A DNA stretch of 64,000 nt from the human T2T-CHM13v2.0 reference genome, Homo sapiens, in NCBI RefSeq assembly GCF_009914755.1, contig NC_060925.1; one strand, given 5' to 3'. Under the pieces are notes generated by a model. It made no database searches. It was not told where the DNA came from and worked only from the letters and a program-made list of their open reading frames with translations. This document shows, piece by piece, positions 44,473-60,560 of the stretch. A program made the translations under genes and the position numbers. Positions within the stretch are counted from its first letter, which is position 1. Every line of letters starts with the position of its first letter.

Positions 44473-44661
44473 TGTTGTGGGGTGGGGGGAGGGGGGAGGG
44501 ATAGCATTGGGAGATATACCTAATGCTAGATGATGAGTTAGTGGGTGCAGCGCACCAGCATGGCACATGTATACATATGTAACTAACCTGCACAATGTGC
44601 ACATGTACCCTAAAACTTAAAGTATAATAATAAAAGAAAAAAAATAAAATAAAATAAAAAT
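44473..44661 (+). mobile_element. Short 5'-truncated L1PA2
   Basis: gcattgggagatatacctaatgctagatgatGAGttagtgg; 16-bp TSD aaatag[c/t]agcagtctc (44457-44472, 44662-44677). Confidence 0.92.
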
Positions 44662-45580
44662 AAATAGTAGCAGTCTCTTTCCTAAACCCCAAACCCAATT
44701 CCCACAGTTTCTCCAGCTACTCCAGGCCTGATTTGTGTTCCAATTCTGCAACTAAGGTTAGAGCCTGGTGGAGAGTCCTAGACAATACAATAGAGAATCC
44801 TAGACAATATGATTTCTGGGACCCTGATATTATGCCTGGTCGTTGTAGCCCCTTCCCAACCTCCTCACTGTAGGATCTCTTTGTATCTATGACCTTGGTC
44901 CAACTCCAACCCCAAGAACAAATATGCTTCCATTCAACTAAAAGTGGTGCCACTTAAGGCTACTACTATGTCTCACTCAATGAGATTGAATCCTGCCTAC
45001 TTATGTCAGCCTGGATGCAATCCATGCTATCTCTGAAATGGTGCTGTTTTATTCTACAAAAAATCAGTCATATTGCCTAACCTGTCCCCTTCATCTTTAT
45101 GTAATTCCAAAATACCCTGTACATATAAAAATTATAAATTGGTTCCCACAATATTCATACACCAAAACATCCCATTACTTTCCTAAATATTTCTCAGAAT
45201 TGCTGAGATACTCCATTTTTGGATCCAAGCTCTGCCTGAAATGAAGAAATGGACACAAGATACCTGGGCGGCAAGAACTAAACATTATTGCTTTGAGAGT
45301 GGTGATGAGAATCCCTGTGGCTGAGCCTCCAATTAATGGACAAAACAGCTGTGAAGAGCATCCCTAAGCTTGCCAGAAGCACTGCCTGATCCACATGGAG
45401 GACCAGCGCATAACAGGAGTATTATGTTGCAGAAAGTACAATGCCATCCCATCCTAGCCAGAGAAATTAGACAAGAGAAGGAAATAAAGGGCAACAAAAT
45501 CTGTAAGGAGGAAGCCAAACTGTCACGGTTATATGATCATATACCTACAAAACCCTAAGGAGTCATCCAAAAAGCTTCTA

Positions 45581-45903
<323 letters not shown>

Positions 45904-47369
45904 TTAGATCTGATAAATGGATTTGGTAAAGTTTCAGTATATAAAATCAGTGTTCACAAATCAGTAGCACTGCTATATGCCAACAACGACCAAGCTGAGA
46001 ATCAGATCAAGAACACAATCCCTTTTATAACAGCTGCAAAATAAAATAAAATAAAATAAAATACTTAGGAATATACCTAATCAAGGAAATGAAAGATCTC
46101 TATGAGGAAAACTACAAAACACTACTGAAAGAAATCCATTGATGACACAAACAAGTGGAAACATATCCCATGCTTATGTATCAGGATGACCATACTGCCA
46201 AAAGCAATCTACAGATTTAATGCAATTCCCATCAAAATACCATTACCATTCTTCACAGAACTAGAAAAAACAATCCTAAATTCATATGGAATGAAAAAAG
46301 AGCCCACATAGCCATAGCAAGACTAAGCAAAAAGGACAAATCTGGAAGCATCACATTACCTGACTTCAAACTATACTACAAGGCTATAATCACCAAAACA
46401 GCATGGTATTGTATAAAAATTGGCACACAGACCAATGGAACAGAATAGAGAACCCAGAAATAAAGTCAAATACTTACAGCCAACTGATCTTAGACAAAGC
46501 AAGCATAATATAAAGTGGGGAAAGGATATCCTTTTCAACAACTGGTGCTGGGATAATTGGCAAGCCACATGTAGAATGAAACTGGGTCTTCATTTCTCAC
46601 CTTATACAAAAATCAACTCAAGGTGGATCAAGGCTTAAATCTAAGACCTGAAACCATAACATTCTAGAAGATAATACTGGAAAACCCTTTTAGACGTTGG
46701 CTTAGGCAAAGACTTCATGAGAAAGAACCTAAAAGCAAATGCAGCAAAAACAAAGATAAACAGATGAAACTTAATTAAACTAAAAAGCTCTACACAGCAA
46801 AAGAAACAATCAGCAGAGTAAACATACAACCCACAGAGTGGGAGAAAATATTCACAAACTATGCATCCAACAAAGTACTAATATCCAGAATCTATAAGGA
46901 ACTCAAACATTAAGCAAGACAAAGCAAATAATCCCATCAAAAAGTGGGCAAAGAACGAGAATAGAAAATTCTCAAAAGAAGATATACAAATGGCAAAAAA
47001 AAATATAAAAAATGCTCAACATCACTAATTATTAGGGAAATGCAAATTAAAACCACAATGATATACCATCTTACTTCTGCAAGAATGGCCATAATTAAAA
47101 AATAAACAAATAATAGATGTTGGTGTGGATGTGGTGAAAAATAAACACTTTCACACTGTTAGTGGGAATATAAACTAGTACAAACACTGTGGAAAACAGT
47201 ATGGAGATTCCTTAAAGCACTAGATGTAGAACTACCATTTGACCCAGCAATCCCACTACTGGGTATCTATCCAGAGGAAAAGAAGTCATTATGCGAAAAA
47301 GATACATGCATGTTTATAGCAGCACAATCTGCAATTGCAAAAATATGGAACCAGCCCAAATGCCCATCA

Positions 47370-48024
<655 letters not shown>

Positions 48025-48041
48025 AAAGAAAGTGTGACGTA

Positions 48042-48340
<299 letters not shown>

Positions 48341-49484
48341 AAAGGAAGTGTGATATATATATATACATATATACACACACACACACACGCACGCACACCA
48401 TGGAATACTACTCAACCATAAAAAGGAACAAAATAATGGCATTCACAACAACCTGGATGGGATTGGAGACCATTACTCTAAGTGAAGTAACTCAGGAAAG
48501 GAAAACCAAAGATTATATGTTCTCACTTAGAAGTGGGAGCTAAGCTATGAGGATGCAAAGGTGCAAGAATGATACAATGGACTTTGAGGACTTGAGGGGA
48601 AGTTTGGGAGGGCAGTGAGGGGTAAAAGACTACACACTGGGTACAGTGTACACTGCTTGGGTGACTGGTTCACCAAAATCTCAGAAATCATCACTAAAGA
48701 ACTTATCCATGTAACCAAAACAACCTGTTCCTCCCAAACTATTGAAATAAAATAAAATAATATAAAATAAAAAGAAAGTACAATGCAATAATGGACTAAA
48801 GATCAGAACTCTCTCCTACATTTTTGGTTCCCATGTGGGTCCCGCAGGACTCCCATAACTTCCATGGGAGAGGGAGACCTGCTGGGAGTCTCAACATCCC
48901 CAAAGCCTTTTATCATCCCATGACTACTTACATCACTGAATAAGGGCAAGTTAGTGAGGGCATTCCAGTGCTTCCTTGATATTCTGCCCAGCAAGCAGCT
49001 ATCTCATGGATTAGGTTGCCCAAAAGCCCTTCAAGTCTTCCTAAAATGCAGTATCATCAGCACTGTGTCTAGCACAAATTCCTCTGATTTCTGAGGTATG
49101 GCTAGCACCTCACTGTACATTCTACTCATGATGTAGATTTTCTCTTATTTATCCATTCTCTATTAGAGATGATCGTATTGATACAAAAGTAAGGCTCTGA
49201 GAATGGCTGACCTATACAGCTAGTTGGTGGCTCAGCAGGGTCTGCAATCATCTTTCCTGATATGCACCCTAGTGATCTTTTAATGTCACCATACCTTCTA
49301 AACAGTACAGAATTATGAACACAAGAATGTTGCTTGACATTTTGATTTTAGTTTTACTATTAAGATATAACATGAGAGAACTAGAAAGTATCTCAAATTT
49401 TTATGACTTTTTAAGTTTTATTTTACAACATAAAAAATTATTTTATAATATCAAAAGCCTTGAGAAGGAAAGAGATAAGTCAAG

Positions 49485-49749
49485 GGTCAGGTGCAGTGGC
49501 TCACCCGGCAGGCGGATCGCCTGAAGTCAGGAGTTCGAGACCAGCCTGACCAACATGGCAAAACCCCGTCTCTACTAAAAAATACAAAAATTAGCCAGGC
49601 GCAGTGGCAGGTGCCTGTAATCCCAGCAACACAGGAGGCTGAGGCAAGAGAAGTGGTTGAACCTGGGAGGTGGAGGTTGCAGTGAGCCAAGGTCACACCA
49701 CTGTACTCCAGCCTGGGCAACAGAGCAAGATTCTGTCTCAAAAAAAAAA
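49485..49749 (+). mobile_element. AluS with ~27-bp deletion in the left arm
   Basis: 20-bp TSD aaggaaagagataagtcaag (49465-49484, 49750-49769). Confidence 0.95.
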
Positions 49750-50071
49750 AAGGAAAGAGATAAGTCAAGATGTATCCTACAGAATAGGTTAGATAAAAAT
49801 GGCATGATTGGCAAAATCAGTTCAAAGGCTAAATTTTGAACTGGTTCCGAATTTAATGTGTATTTCACACATTTGTACTTTAAAATACCATTATTATCAA
49901 ATTTAGGCCTCATATCTTTTTAATATATAACCTTATTATGTTTGATTCTCTGTATAAATTATTTCCAGTAAAATGCTTTTTTAAAAATAGAAAATAAAAA
50001 CATGTTAGTATTTTTCTTGTAACCAATGAAGTAATTATTTACCTTGACAGAACATGTATTCTATGTTCATG

Positions 50072-51006
50072 TGAATGGGTGGCCTGCCCCTCCACACCTG
50101 TGAGTGTTTCTCGTCCGGTAGAGACTGAGAAAAGAAAGAGACACAGAGACGAAGTATAGAGAAAGAAAAGTAGGCCCAGGGGACCGGCGCTCACTCGCGC
50201 CAGCACCGGTCTCTGAGTTCCCTCAGTATTTATTGATCATTATCTCTACCATCTCAGAGAGGGGGATGTGGCAGGACAATAGGGTAATAGTGGGGAGAGG
50301 GTCAGCAGGAAAACATGTTAACAAATATCTCTGTGTCATAAACAAGGTTAGAAAAGGTGCTGTGCTTTGATGTGCACATACATAAACATATCTGGTACAT
50401 TAAAGAGCAGTATTGCTTCCAGCATGTCTCACCTCCAGCCTTAAGGCGGTTTTCTCCTATCTCAGTAGATGGAACACACAATCAGGTACATTCCATTGCC
50501 CAGGGAGGAGCAGGAGACAGATGCCTTCCTCTTATCTCAACTGCAAAGAGGCCTTCCTCTTTTACTAATCCTCCTCAGCACATACCCTTTACAGGTGTCG
50601 GGCTGGGGGATGGTCAGATCTTTCCCTTCCCATGAGGCCATATCTCAGACTATCACATGGGAAGAAACCTTGGACAATACCTGGCTTTCCTAGGCAGAGG
50701 TCTCTGCGGCCTTACGCAGTGTATTGTGTCCCTGGGTACCTGAGATTAGAGAGTGGTGATGACTTTTAACAAGCATACTGCCTTCAAGCACTTGTTTAAC
50801 AAAGCACATCCTGCATAGCCCTAAATCCATTAAACCTTGAGTCAACATAGCACATGTCTCTGCAAGCACAGGGTTGGGGATAGGGTTACAGATTAACAGC
50901 ATCTCAAGGCAGAAGAATTTTTCTTAGTACAGAACAAAATGGAGTCTCTTATGTCTACTTCTTTCTACATAGACACAGTAACAGTCTGATCTCTCTTTTC
51001 CCCACA
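50072..51006 (-). mobile_element. HERV-K (HML-2) solo LTR, LTR5B
   Basis: 935 bp; reverse strand starts TGTGGGGAAAAGAGAGATCAG...AGAAGTAGACATAAGAGACTCC; exact TSD TTCATG (50066-50071, 51007-51012). Confidence 0.92.
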
Positions 51007-51444
51007 TTCATGGAATAAACTTTCCAAAGTGCTGATTAATTTAATTTAATGTTCTGTTGAGTTTTTACTATGTTGCATTTAAGATATACAAAACTTTACC
51101 ACTGTGTAAGCAGGAAAATGACTCCCACAGTCACTGTAAATTGAGAAGAGGGCTTTTTTTAAACCTTAGGTAGTTAAAATAGATCGGCCTTTGTAGTTAC
51201 ACCACTGACCTTTCTCCTAAGTTTACTTGATCGGCCATGGAATACCTTTTTCAAGTGCTCTGGAAAGTTAGGTTGCATTGGTCATCAAACTGAGAATCTA
51301 TACAGGTATCACTCATAGATTATACTTCATCTATTTTTATTTTCACACAATGTACTGTGTGATGACCTACATGAAATAATGCCCTGCTTTGAGAGGTTAG
51401 ACAAAGTACTTTTATTTTCCAATTCAGGCTTTAATTACTGGTTA

Positions 51445-51879
<435 letters not shown>

Positions 51880-52523
51880 TTAATACCAAACTCTAAACCT
51901 TTCAATTCAACAATAGTTTGTCAAATGTCATAACTGCTCACTTTTGCACTATTTGTAGAACTTGAATGTTTTCATATTTATACTTCACAGTAAATTAACT
52001 ATATGGAAGTTACTGATTTTGATGTATTCTCTCTTGGGGAAAGGACAGGGAAGAAAGGGCAAGAGACACACTGTTCTTGGATTCCTTCTCAAGATGTTAT
52101 TGAGTGTTTTCTATACAACAGGCAATGTTTTAGGTGCTGGGGATTCCGGAGAAAAGATATTTTCTCCTCTCAATAAGCTCACCCTCTAGTAGGACAGACA
52201 TTTAATTGTTAGGTCAGGATACCTGATGCATTCTTAGGAATTTTGCCACTCTGAGAGCTTTGTTTTGACAGGTTTGTTTTCCACCCTTCTGAGCTGGGCA
52301 AAGGACACACAAAATCAGCTGTCAAATCAATTCCTATTCAAAACTGAGGAAAAAAAAAAAAACTAACCAAAGTTAAAGCTTTTGAAAAGACAGTAAATGC
52401 ATCATGGTTAGCACTATGCTAACCATAAATTTACCATGCTGCTATAAGATATAGCAAAATCAAGCCCTTTCCTGTGATACTTCAAAAAGGAAAAGAAAAT
52501 ATGTATTCTTTAAAAAATAAAGA

Positions 52524-52830
<307 letters not shown>

Positions 52831-53181
52831 TAAAAAATAAAGAATCATCTCAATTGATGCAGAAAAAGCTTTTGACAAAATTCAACATCATTTCATGATA
52901 CAAACACTCAGCAAACTAGAAGAAAACTACCTCAACCTAATAAAAGCCATATGTAAAAAAATCTACAGCAAACATCATACTCAACAGTGAAAGACTGAAA
53001 ACTTTTCTTCTAAGGTCAGGAACAAAGCAAGGATAACCACTTCCACCACTTCTATTCAACATATTGAAAGTCCTAGACAGAACAATTGATCAAGACAAAT
53101 AAATGAAAGCTTCATCCAAATTGAAAAGGAACAAGTAAAATTATCTCTGTTCACAGATGTGATATGTAGGAAACTAAGATA

Positions 53182-53182
<1 letters not shown>

Positions 53183-53216
<34 letters not shown>
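53183..53216. repeat. (CA)17 microsatellite
   Basis: Direct read. Confidence 0.97.
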
Positions 53217-53219
<3 letters not shown>

Positions 53220-54592
53220 AGAATAAATGAATTCAGCAAAGCAGCAGGATACAAAGTCAATGCACAGAAATCAATTGCATTTTGATACACTAACAATGAG
53301 TAATCTGAAAGGAAATTAAGAAAACAATTCTATTTAAAATAGCATTTAAAAACTTAGGAATTCACAAACCAAAAGGAGACCTGTACACTGAAAACTATAA
53401 AACATTGCTAAAAGAAATTAAGAAAGACATAAATAAATGGAAAACCATCCCATGGTTCATGGATTAGAAGATTAATATTGTCAAAATGTCAGTACTACCC
53501 AAAGTGATCTACAGATTGACTTTTTTTTTACAGAAATAGAAAAATTAGTTTTAATATTCATGTGGAATCTTAAGGGACCCTGAACAGCTAAAACAATCTT
53601 GAAAAAGAAGAACAACATTGGAGGACTCACATTTCCTGATTTTAAAACTTACTACAAAACTTTGGTAATTGAAACAGTGTGGTACTGGCATAAAGACAGA
53701 TATATAGATAGACAAATGAAATAGAATAGAGAGCCCAGAAATAAACCCCAGTATATATAGTCAAATGTTTTCCAACAACAGTACTAAGACCATTCAGTGG
53801 GGAAAGGACAGTCTTTTCAACAAATAGTGCTGGGAAAACTGAATAGCCACATGCAAAATAATGAAAATGGACTGTTAACCTAACCCCATATACAAAAATT
53901 AATTCAAAATGAATCATAGACCTAACAAAAGAGCTAAAACTATATAATTCTTAGAAGAAAATATAGGGCAAAACTTCATGATATTGAATTTGGCAACGAA
54001 TATGACACCAAAGACACAGGCAAAAAGCAAATAGATTAATTGGATTTCATTAAAATGTAAAACTTTTGTGCTTCAAAGGACACTATCAATAGCATGAAAA
54101 GACAGCCTACAGAATGGGGGAAAATATTTTAAAATCATACATCTGATAAGGGATTAATATCTAGAATATGTAATGAACTAATCTAAAACTCAACAACAAC
54201 AACAAAAATTCAAAAGTAGGCAGAGGACTTAAATAGACATGTCTCCAAAAGATTTACAAATGGCCAGTAAGCACATAAAAAAATGTTCAACATCACTACC
54301 CATTAGGGAAATGAAAATCAAAAACACATTGAGATACCATCTCACAACTACCAGGATGGCTACTATAAAAAAAACAAAAAATAGAAAATAAGTGTTGGTA
54401 AGGATGTGGAGAAACTGAAATCTTTGTGCACTGTTGATGGGAAGATAAAATGTTACAGCCACTGTTGAACACATTATGGTGGTTACTCAAAAAGTTAAAA
54501 ATAGAATTACTATATGATCCAGCAATTCTACTACTGGGCATGTACTCAAAAGAATTGAAAGTATGATCTCAAAGAGATCATTGTATACCCAC

Positions 54593-54946
54593 TGATATGG
54601 TTTGGCTGTGTCCCCACCCAAATCTCATCCTGAATTTCCACATGTTGTGAGAGAGACCCGGTGGGAGGTAATTGAATCATGGGGGGCAGGTCTTTCCCTG
54701 CTGTTCACGTGTTGGTAAATAAGTTTCATGAGATCTGATGGTTCTATAAGGGGAAGTTTCCCTGCACAAGCTCTTTCTTTGCCTACTGCCATCCATGTAA
54801 GATGTGACTTGCTCCTCCTTGCCTTCCACCATGATTGTGAGGCCTCCCCAGCCACATGGAACTGTAAGTCCATTAAACCTCTTTCCTGTATAAATTACCC
54901 AGTCACGGGTATGTCTTTGTCAGCAGTGTGAAAACAAACTAATACA
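54593..54946 (+). mobile_element. THE1B solo LTR
   Basis: TGATATGGTTTGGCTGTGTCCCCACCCAAATCTC...ACTAATACA; TSD cccac/ctcat. Confidence 0.92.
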
Positions 54947-55066
54947 CTCATGTTCCTAATAGCATTATTCATAAGAGCCAAGAGCAAACCACATGTCCAT
55001 TAACAGATGACTAAATGTGTGTGTACACAAAATGGAATACTAGACAGCCTTAAAAAAGTAATCCTA

Positions 55067-55390
55067 GGCCAGGCATGGTGGCTCATGCCTGTAATCCCAG
55101 CACTTTGAGAGGCCCAGGTAGGTGGGAGGATTGCTTGAGTCCAGGAGTTCGAGACAGGCCTGGGCAACATTATGAGAACTCGTCTCAACAAGATAAATAG
55201 ATAAAAATAAACAAAATTAGCTAGGCATGGTGGCATGAGCCTATAGTCCCAGCTATTCGGGAGGCTGAGATGGGAGGATCACTTGAGCCTGGAAGGATGA
55301 GGCTTCAGTGAGTCAAAATCATGCCACTGCACTCCACCGTAGGCAACAAAGTGAGATCCTGTCAAAAAAAAAAAAGAAAGAAAGAGAAAA
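55067..55390 (+). mobile_element. AluJ
   Basis: Alu body. Confidence 0.92.
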
Positions 55391-56792
55391 GAAATACTAT
55401 CACATGCTACAACATGGATGAACCTCAATATTTTGCTAAGTGAAATAAATCAGTAACAAAAACTACTGTATGGTTTTATTATATGAGGTACCTAGAGTCA
55501 TCAACATCATAGAGACAGAAAGGAGTAGCTGCCAGGAATTTGGAAGGGGGGAATGGTGCATTATTGTTTCTGATATAATGAAGTTAGTATTTCTAAAGAT
55601 ATTAATGTACTTTCTTATTTGCCTTTGCAATATGCAAGACTTTCTCCATTCAGCCTAAGACACCCATCTGCCTCTGTAGGAGATTTGGATTGTAATAGAA
55701 TAAATGCATAGAGGAAGGAGAGGTGATGTTTAACACCTGACATTCAAAATAGGATTTTGCAGCAAGACTATGGGCAGTTTGAGAAACAAAAAAATTTCTA
55801 AGGGAAACCCATTCTCTTAAGAAAGGGTTTGAAAGATTGTAAAGATGAGAAAACCTAAAGAAAAGAGGAGGCGAAGGAAACGGTCTGATGTATCATGATA
55901 GAAGCAAGTCCAATAGGTTGAGGGGATTACTAGATTATAAATTCCATGCAGGCAAGGATTTTTGTGTGTTTTGTTCATTACTGTATCCCCAGTGCATAGA
56001 ACAGTGCTTAGTACACAGCAAACACAGTGTTTACTGAATGCACACAGGGCTTTTTGTTCTGCTCCCTGTTCTGAACTCTGGTTGTAGAATGCTATACTAG
56101 GCAAAAAGGGTGCGGGGGTTGGGGGGGGTCCAAAAAGAGGGATCCTAGAATGATTAAGAGGGTAAAGCAAGATCACTTACATATAGGACCAGGGTTTCAG
56201 CTCCAGTACACATTTTATAGATCCACCATGACAGAGTTGAGGTGATTCCAGCAAAGCCTTATCAAATGGATGTCTTGGGCCTTGGACCAGGCAGAGAACA
56301 TTTTAGGTACTCAGAGAGGGGTCTGTAGTGAAAGTAGGATCAAGAAAGGCTGAGACAGTAGGGGAGGAGGATGCCTTTAGACTCTGGCCAAGCCAAGAAA
56401 GAATAGACAGGAAGTTATCAGCTACAGACATCAATAGTTTGTGCCAACAGGATTACCAGGAACAGGACTAGACAGATACACATTAGGTGATGCCAGCCCC
56501 TGCACAAGAACCAGTTCAAGGTCACAGAGTTCAACTCCCCCAGTGCAACCAGTTCATGTGAGATCCTGCTCCTTATACTAGACATCTCTTAGAACAAAGT
56601 AGAGAGAGAAAGGGGCGTCGAAACAATAGAACAATGATTTCAAAGAGACTGGGTTAAAGAGATTATTTAAATAATTGGCTCAGAATTAGTTTCCAACCAG
56701 ATTAGACTAAAATTATTTTTGTTTTCCCACACCTGCCTAGCAGTTAGGAAACGGTAAAGGAAATTGGAGAAGCTTTTAAGAATAAAATATAC

Positions 56793-57207
56793 TCTCTTCC
56801 TTTCTCTGCCATCGAGGTGTGTGCTTGACTCTGCTTCTTGCCATGTCTTCTCACAAGACTTTCAGGATTAAGCATTTCGTGGTCAAGAAACAAAAGCAAA
56901 ATCATCCCATCCCCCAGTGGATCCAGATGAAAACTGGTAATAAAATCAGGTAGAACTCCAAAAGGAGACATTGGAGAAGAATCAAGCTGGGTCTGTACGG
57001 AATTACACATGAGATGGCACACATATTTATGCTGTGTCAAGGTCACAACCATCTTACCATATCAAGCTGAAAATGTCACCACTATCTGGACAGTTGGACA
57101 TGTTTTATTGTGAATATATATTTTTTTCTCTGTGTATGTGCTGTTGGTGCACTGGTAGGCTGGATTCAGTAATAAATATGTGAGACCTTTCATTTCAAAC
57201 AAACAAA
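56793..57207 (+). pseudogene. RPL39P: RPL39 processed pseudogene (full-length cDNA)
   Basis: ATG at 56843 gives [50 protein letters not shown]; premature TAG 56951-56953; native stop changed to TAC 56996-56998; 5' pyrimidine tract; AATAAA at 57171; perfect 15-bp TSD aagaataaaatatac (56778-56792, 57208-57222). Confidence 0.97.
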
Positions 57208-57619
57208 AAGAATAAAATATACGTTTCTTAATATATCTAAGTAGTGTAAATAATTTTGTAATTCTGTTTTCCAGAGACAGAAAACGCAGCCCTGTCTGAA
57301 GAAATCTAGTGGGATAATGAGTTATTACACAACATGGCACAACATAGCCACAGCAAAGGAGCTCCAGGGAGCACCTAACCTAGACCCATGGGAGGGAGGG
57401 CACGGCAGGCAGAGACTTCTTGAAGGAGATATCTAAGATGATAGAGTCTTAGATTAGCGAGAATATCCTAGAATCAAGAAAACAGACTCACTGTTGGCAT
57501 AGCCATATATGAAGCCAACAACATTCCAATTCAATTTATAAAATCTTATTGATTACCAGGCCATGGACGTAGCATCACTGCCTCAGATGTAGCATTACCG
57601 AACAGAATCACTGAGCATG

Positions 57620-57910
57620 CAATTGAAGTCACATTCCTTCACTTGCTCACTATGTGATCTTAAACAAGTTACTTAACTTTGGGTACTCAGTTTCCTTGTC
57701 TTTATAGTGGGGGTAATAATAGTGTTGTTCTGGAAATTGAGTTAACTTAGAACAGTACCTGGCACCTCTTAAAAGCTCATTAATATTAGTTGTTACCATT
57801 TATAGAGCATGTATTATTTTCAAAACATTTCAGACATTTTATTTTTGTGATCCTTGGTAGATAAATAACAGCTGAGGAATTAGTGCCTAAAAGAGGTTAA
57901 ATGACTTATA
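57620..57910. mobile_element. MIR fragments
   Basis: tgtgatcttaaacaagttacttaac...ctcagtttcct; gctgagg...agaggttaaatgactt. Confidence 0.7.
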
Positions 57911-58389
57911 TTATGTTTGATGAAAATATTTTTCCCTAATTCCTGTTTTCTTTGAAGAGAGCGTGTCCCAAAACAATATCTTGGATTTTCTTTGCCCTTT
58001 AACTTGCTCCATTCCTGAGGAGGAAAAGTGATTTCTCTGGTTGGGAAATTGGGGAAGAATAACTGTGAGCTTGGCTCACCTCTATCCCTCTTCCTTTTTA
58101 GGAGTGACCATGAAGTGGCCAAGCACGATTCTTCCAGTCCTTCTGTGACTGGGAGAAAGTTGGCCCAGTTCTAGAGTTCAGTTTTAGCAAACTCATTTGT
58201 CTGACAGATCTAAAGCTTCATTCTCCAACAGGACTTTTTTTTCTTCAATGTGGTCAAGCTCATTAAATAATCAGTCTCTCCCCCACCCCCATCCCTTGGA
58301 GGCATTCCTCCAAGAGCCTTCCATTCTCCTGCTGCAAACTGTGTCACTTTGACAACAATTAAATTTTAAAATAAAATACCACGCAAACT

Positions 58390-59190
<801 letters not shown>

Positions 59191-59295
59191 GCAAATCAGC
59201 TTGAAGTCCCCCTTTCCTGGTCCTTTCTCTTCAGCTATACTGCCAACCCAAAGCGCTCATTTATGGAAACTCTGGAGCTCACAATTTTAACAAGC

Positions 59296-59807
59296 TGCCG
59301 AGACCACCTCGGTAGGAGAGAACTTAACCCAGCGGTACTAGAGGAATTAAAGACACACACACAGAAATATAGACGTGTGGAGTGGGAAATCAGAGGTCTC
59401 ACAGCCTTCCGACCTGAGAGCCCCGAACAGAGATTTACCCACATATTTATTAACAGCAAATCAGTCATTAGCATTGTTTCTATAGATATTAAATTAACTA
59501 AAGTATCCCTTAAGGGAAACGAAGGGATGGGCCGAATTAATTGAATAGGTTGGGCTAGTTAACTGCAGCAGGAAGACGCCCTTAAGACACAGATCGCTCA
59601 GGCTTTTGTTTATGGCTTAAGAATGCCCTTAAGCGGTTTTCCGCCCTGGGCGGGCCAGGTGTTCCCTGCCCTCATTCCCGTAAACCTGCAACCTTCCAGC
59701 TTGGGCGTTATGGCCATTATGGACATGTTACATTGCTGCAAAGATTTTATTTATGGCCAGTTTTGGGGCCAGTTTATGGCCAGATGTTGGGAGGCTTGCT
59801 TCCAACA
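59296..59807 (-). mobile_element. MER9 (HERV-K9/HML-3) solo LTR
   Basis: 512 bp TGCCGAGACC...TCCAACA; exact 6-bp TSD ACAAGC (59290-59295, 59808-59813). Confidence 0.92.
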
Positions 59808-60369
59808 ACAAGCAGCTAAATTTATTTGCAAGAGTAAATGATTTCGTTTTTAAATTGGGGCCAAACAACATTTTAAAAGATCTACTCTAAGAAAAAAGGA
59901 AAGATCACCACCAAAAAAAGCCTCTCGCGTGTCCTCCTGTCATGCATTCAAAGCATTCCATACATTGTTTTTGACTAATTTATTATATCAATTATTAGGA
60001 ATTTTTAAAGGACTTTTCCTATGCAAACTCTAAGAGCTCAAGTTTTGTTTTGAATAGAAATACAACTATATTTACCACTATTTATGTACATCTCAATACA
60101 TTTTCTAATAAATATTTATTGTATACTGACTAATCCTCATTTCATTCTTAGGTTCTGCCTTTTTTTTGTTTTCTAATTTGGGCTGAAACAATTACGCTCT
60201 GATTTTGCTCACTGAATTCACTCTTATATCCCCTCTTCACAAAGTAAGAAACTTTCTGGAAACTTTGGCCTCTGCCATGCACTGGGAACCTCCTCTTCAT
60301 CTAATTTGTCTGACTACCATCTTGAACCCAGCAAGGACAACTAGATGTGACCCCTTCTTTTTTAAAAAA

Positions 60370-60560
60370 ACTATTATTAAAAGTCTATCATGTGCTAAGT
60401 GCTAGAATAGATGCTTCAAATGCTTTCTTTTTTTCTTCTAATCTTCATGCCAAATTTGCAAGTGAGGTCTTGTTCTCTCCATTTTATGGGTGATCAATCG
60501 TGATTCAGAGTGATTAAAACGAATCCAAGGTTTGTTTGCCTCTAAAGTCTGTTTTCTATC
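60370..60560. mobile_element. MIR
   Basis: ccattttatgggtga...cagagtgattaa. Confidence 0.55.

Larger units (their letters stand above)
52844..55565 (+). mobile_element. L1MB-like ORF2/3'UTR fragment
   Basis: atcatctcaattgatgcagaaaaagcttttgacaaaattcaac through 3'UTR; split by THE1B and an Alu. Confidence 0.88.
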
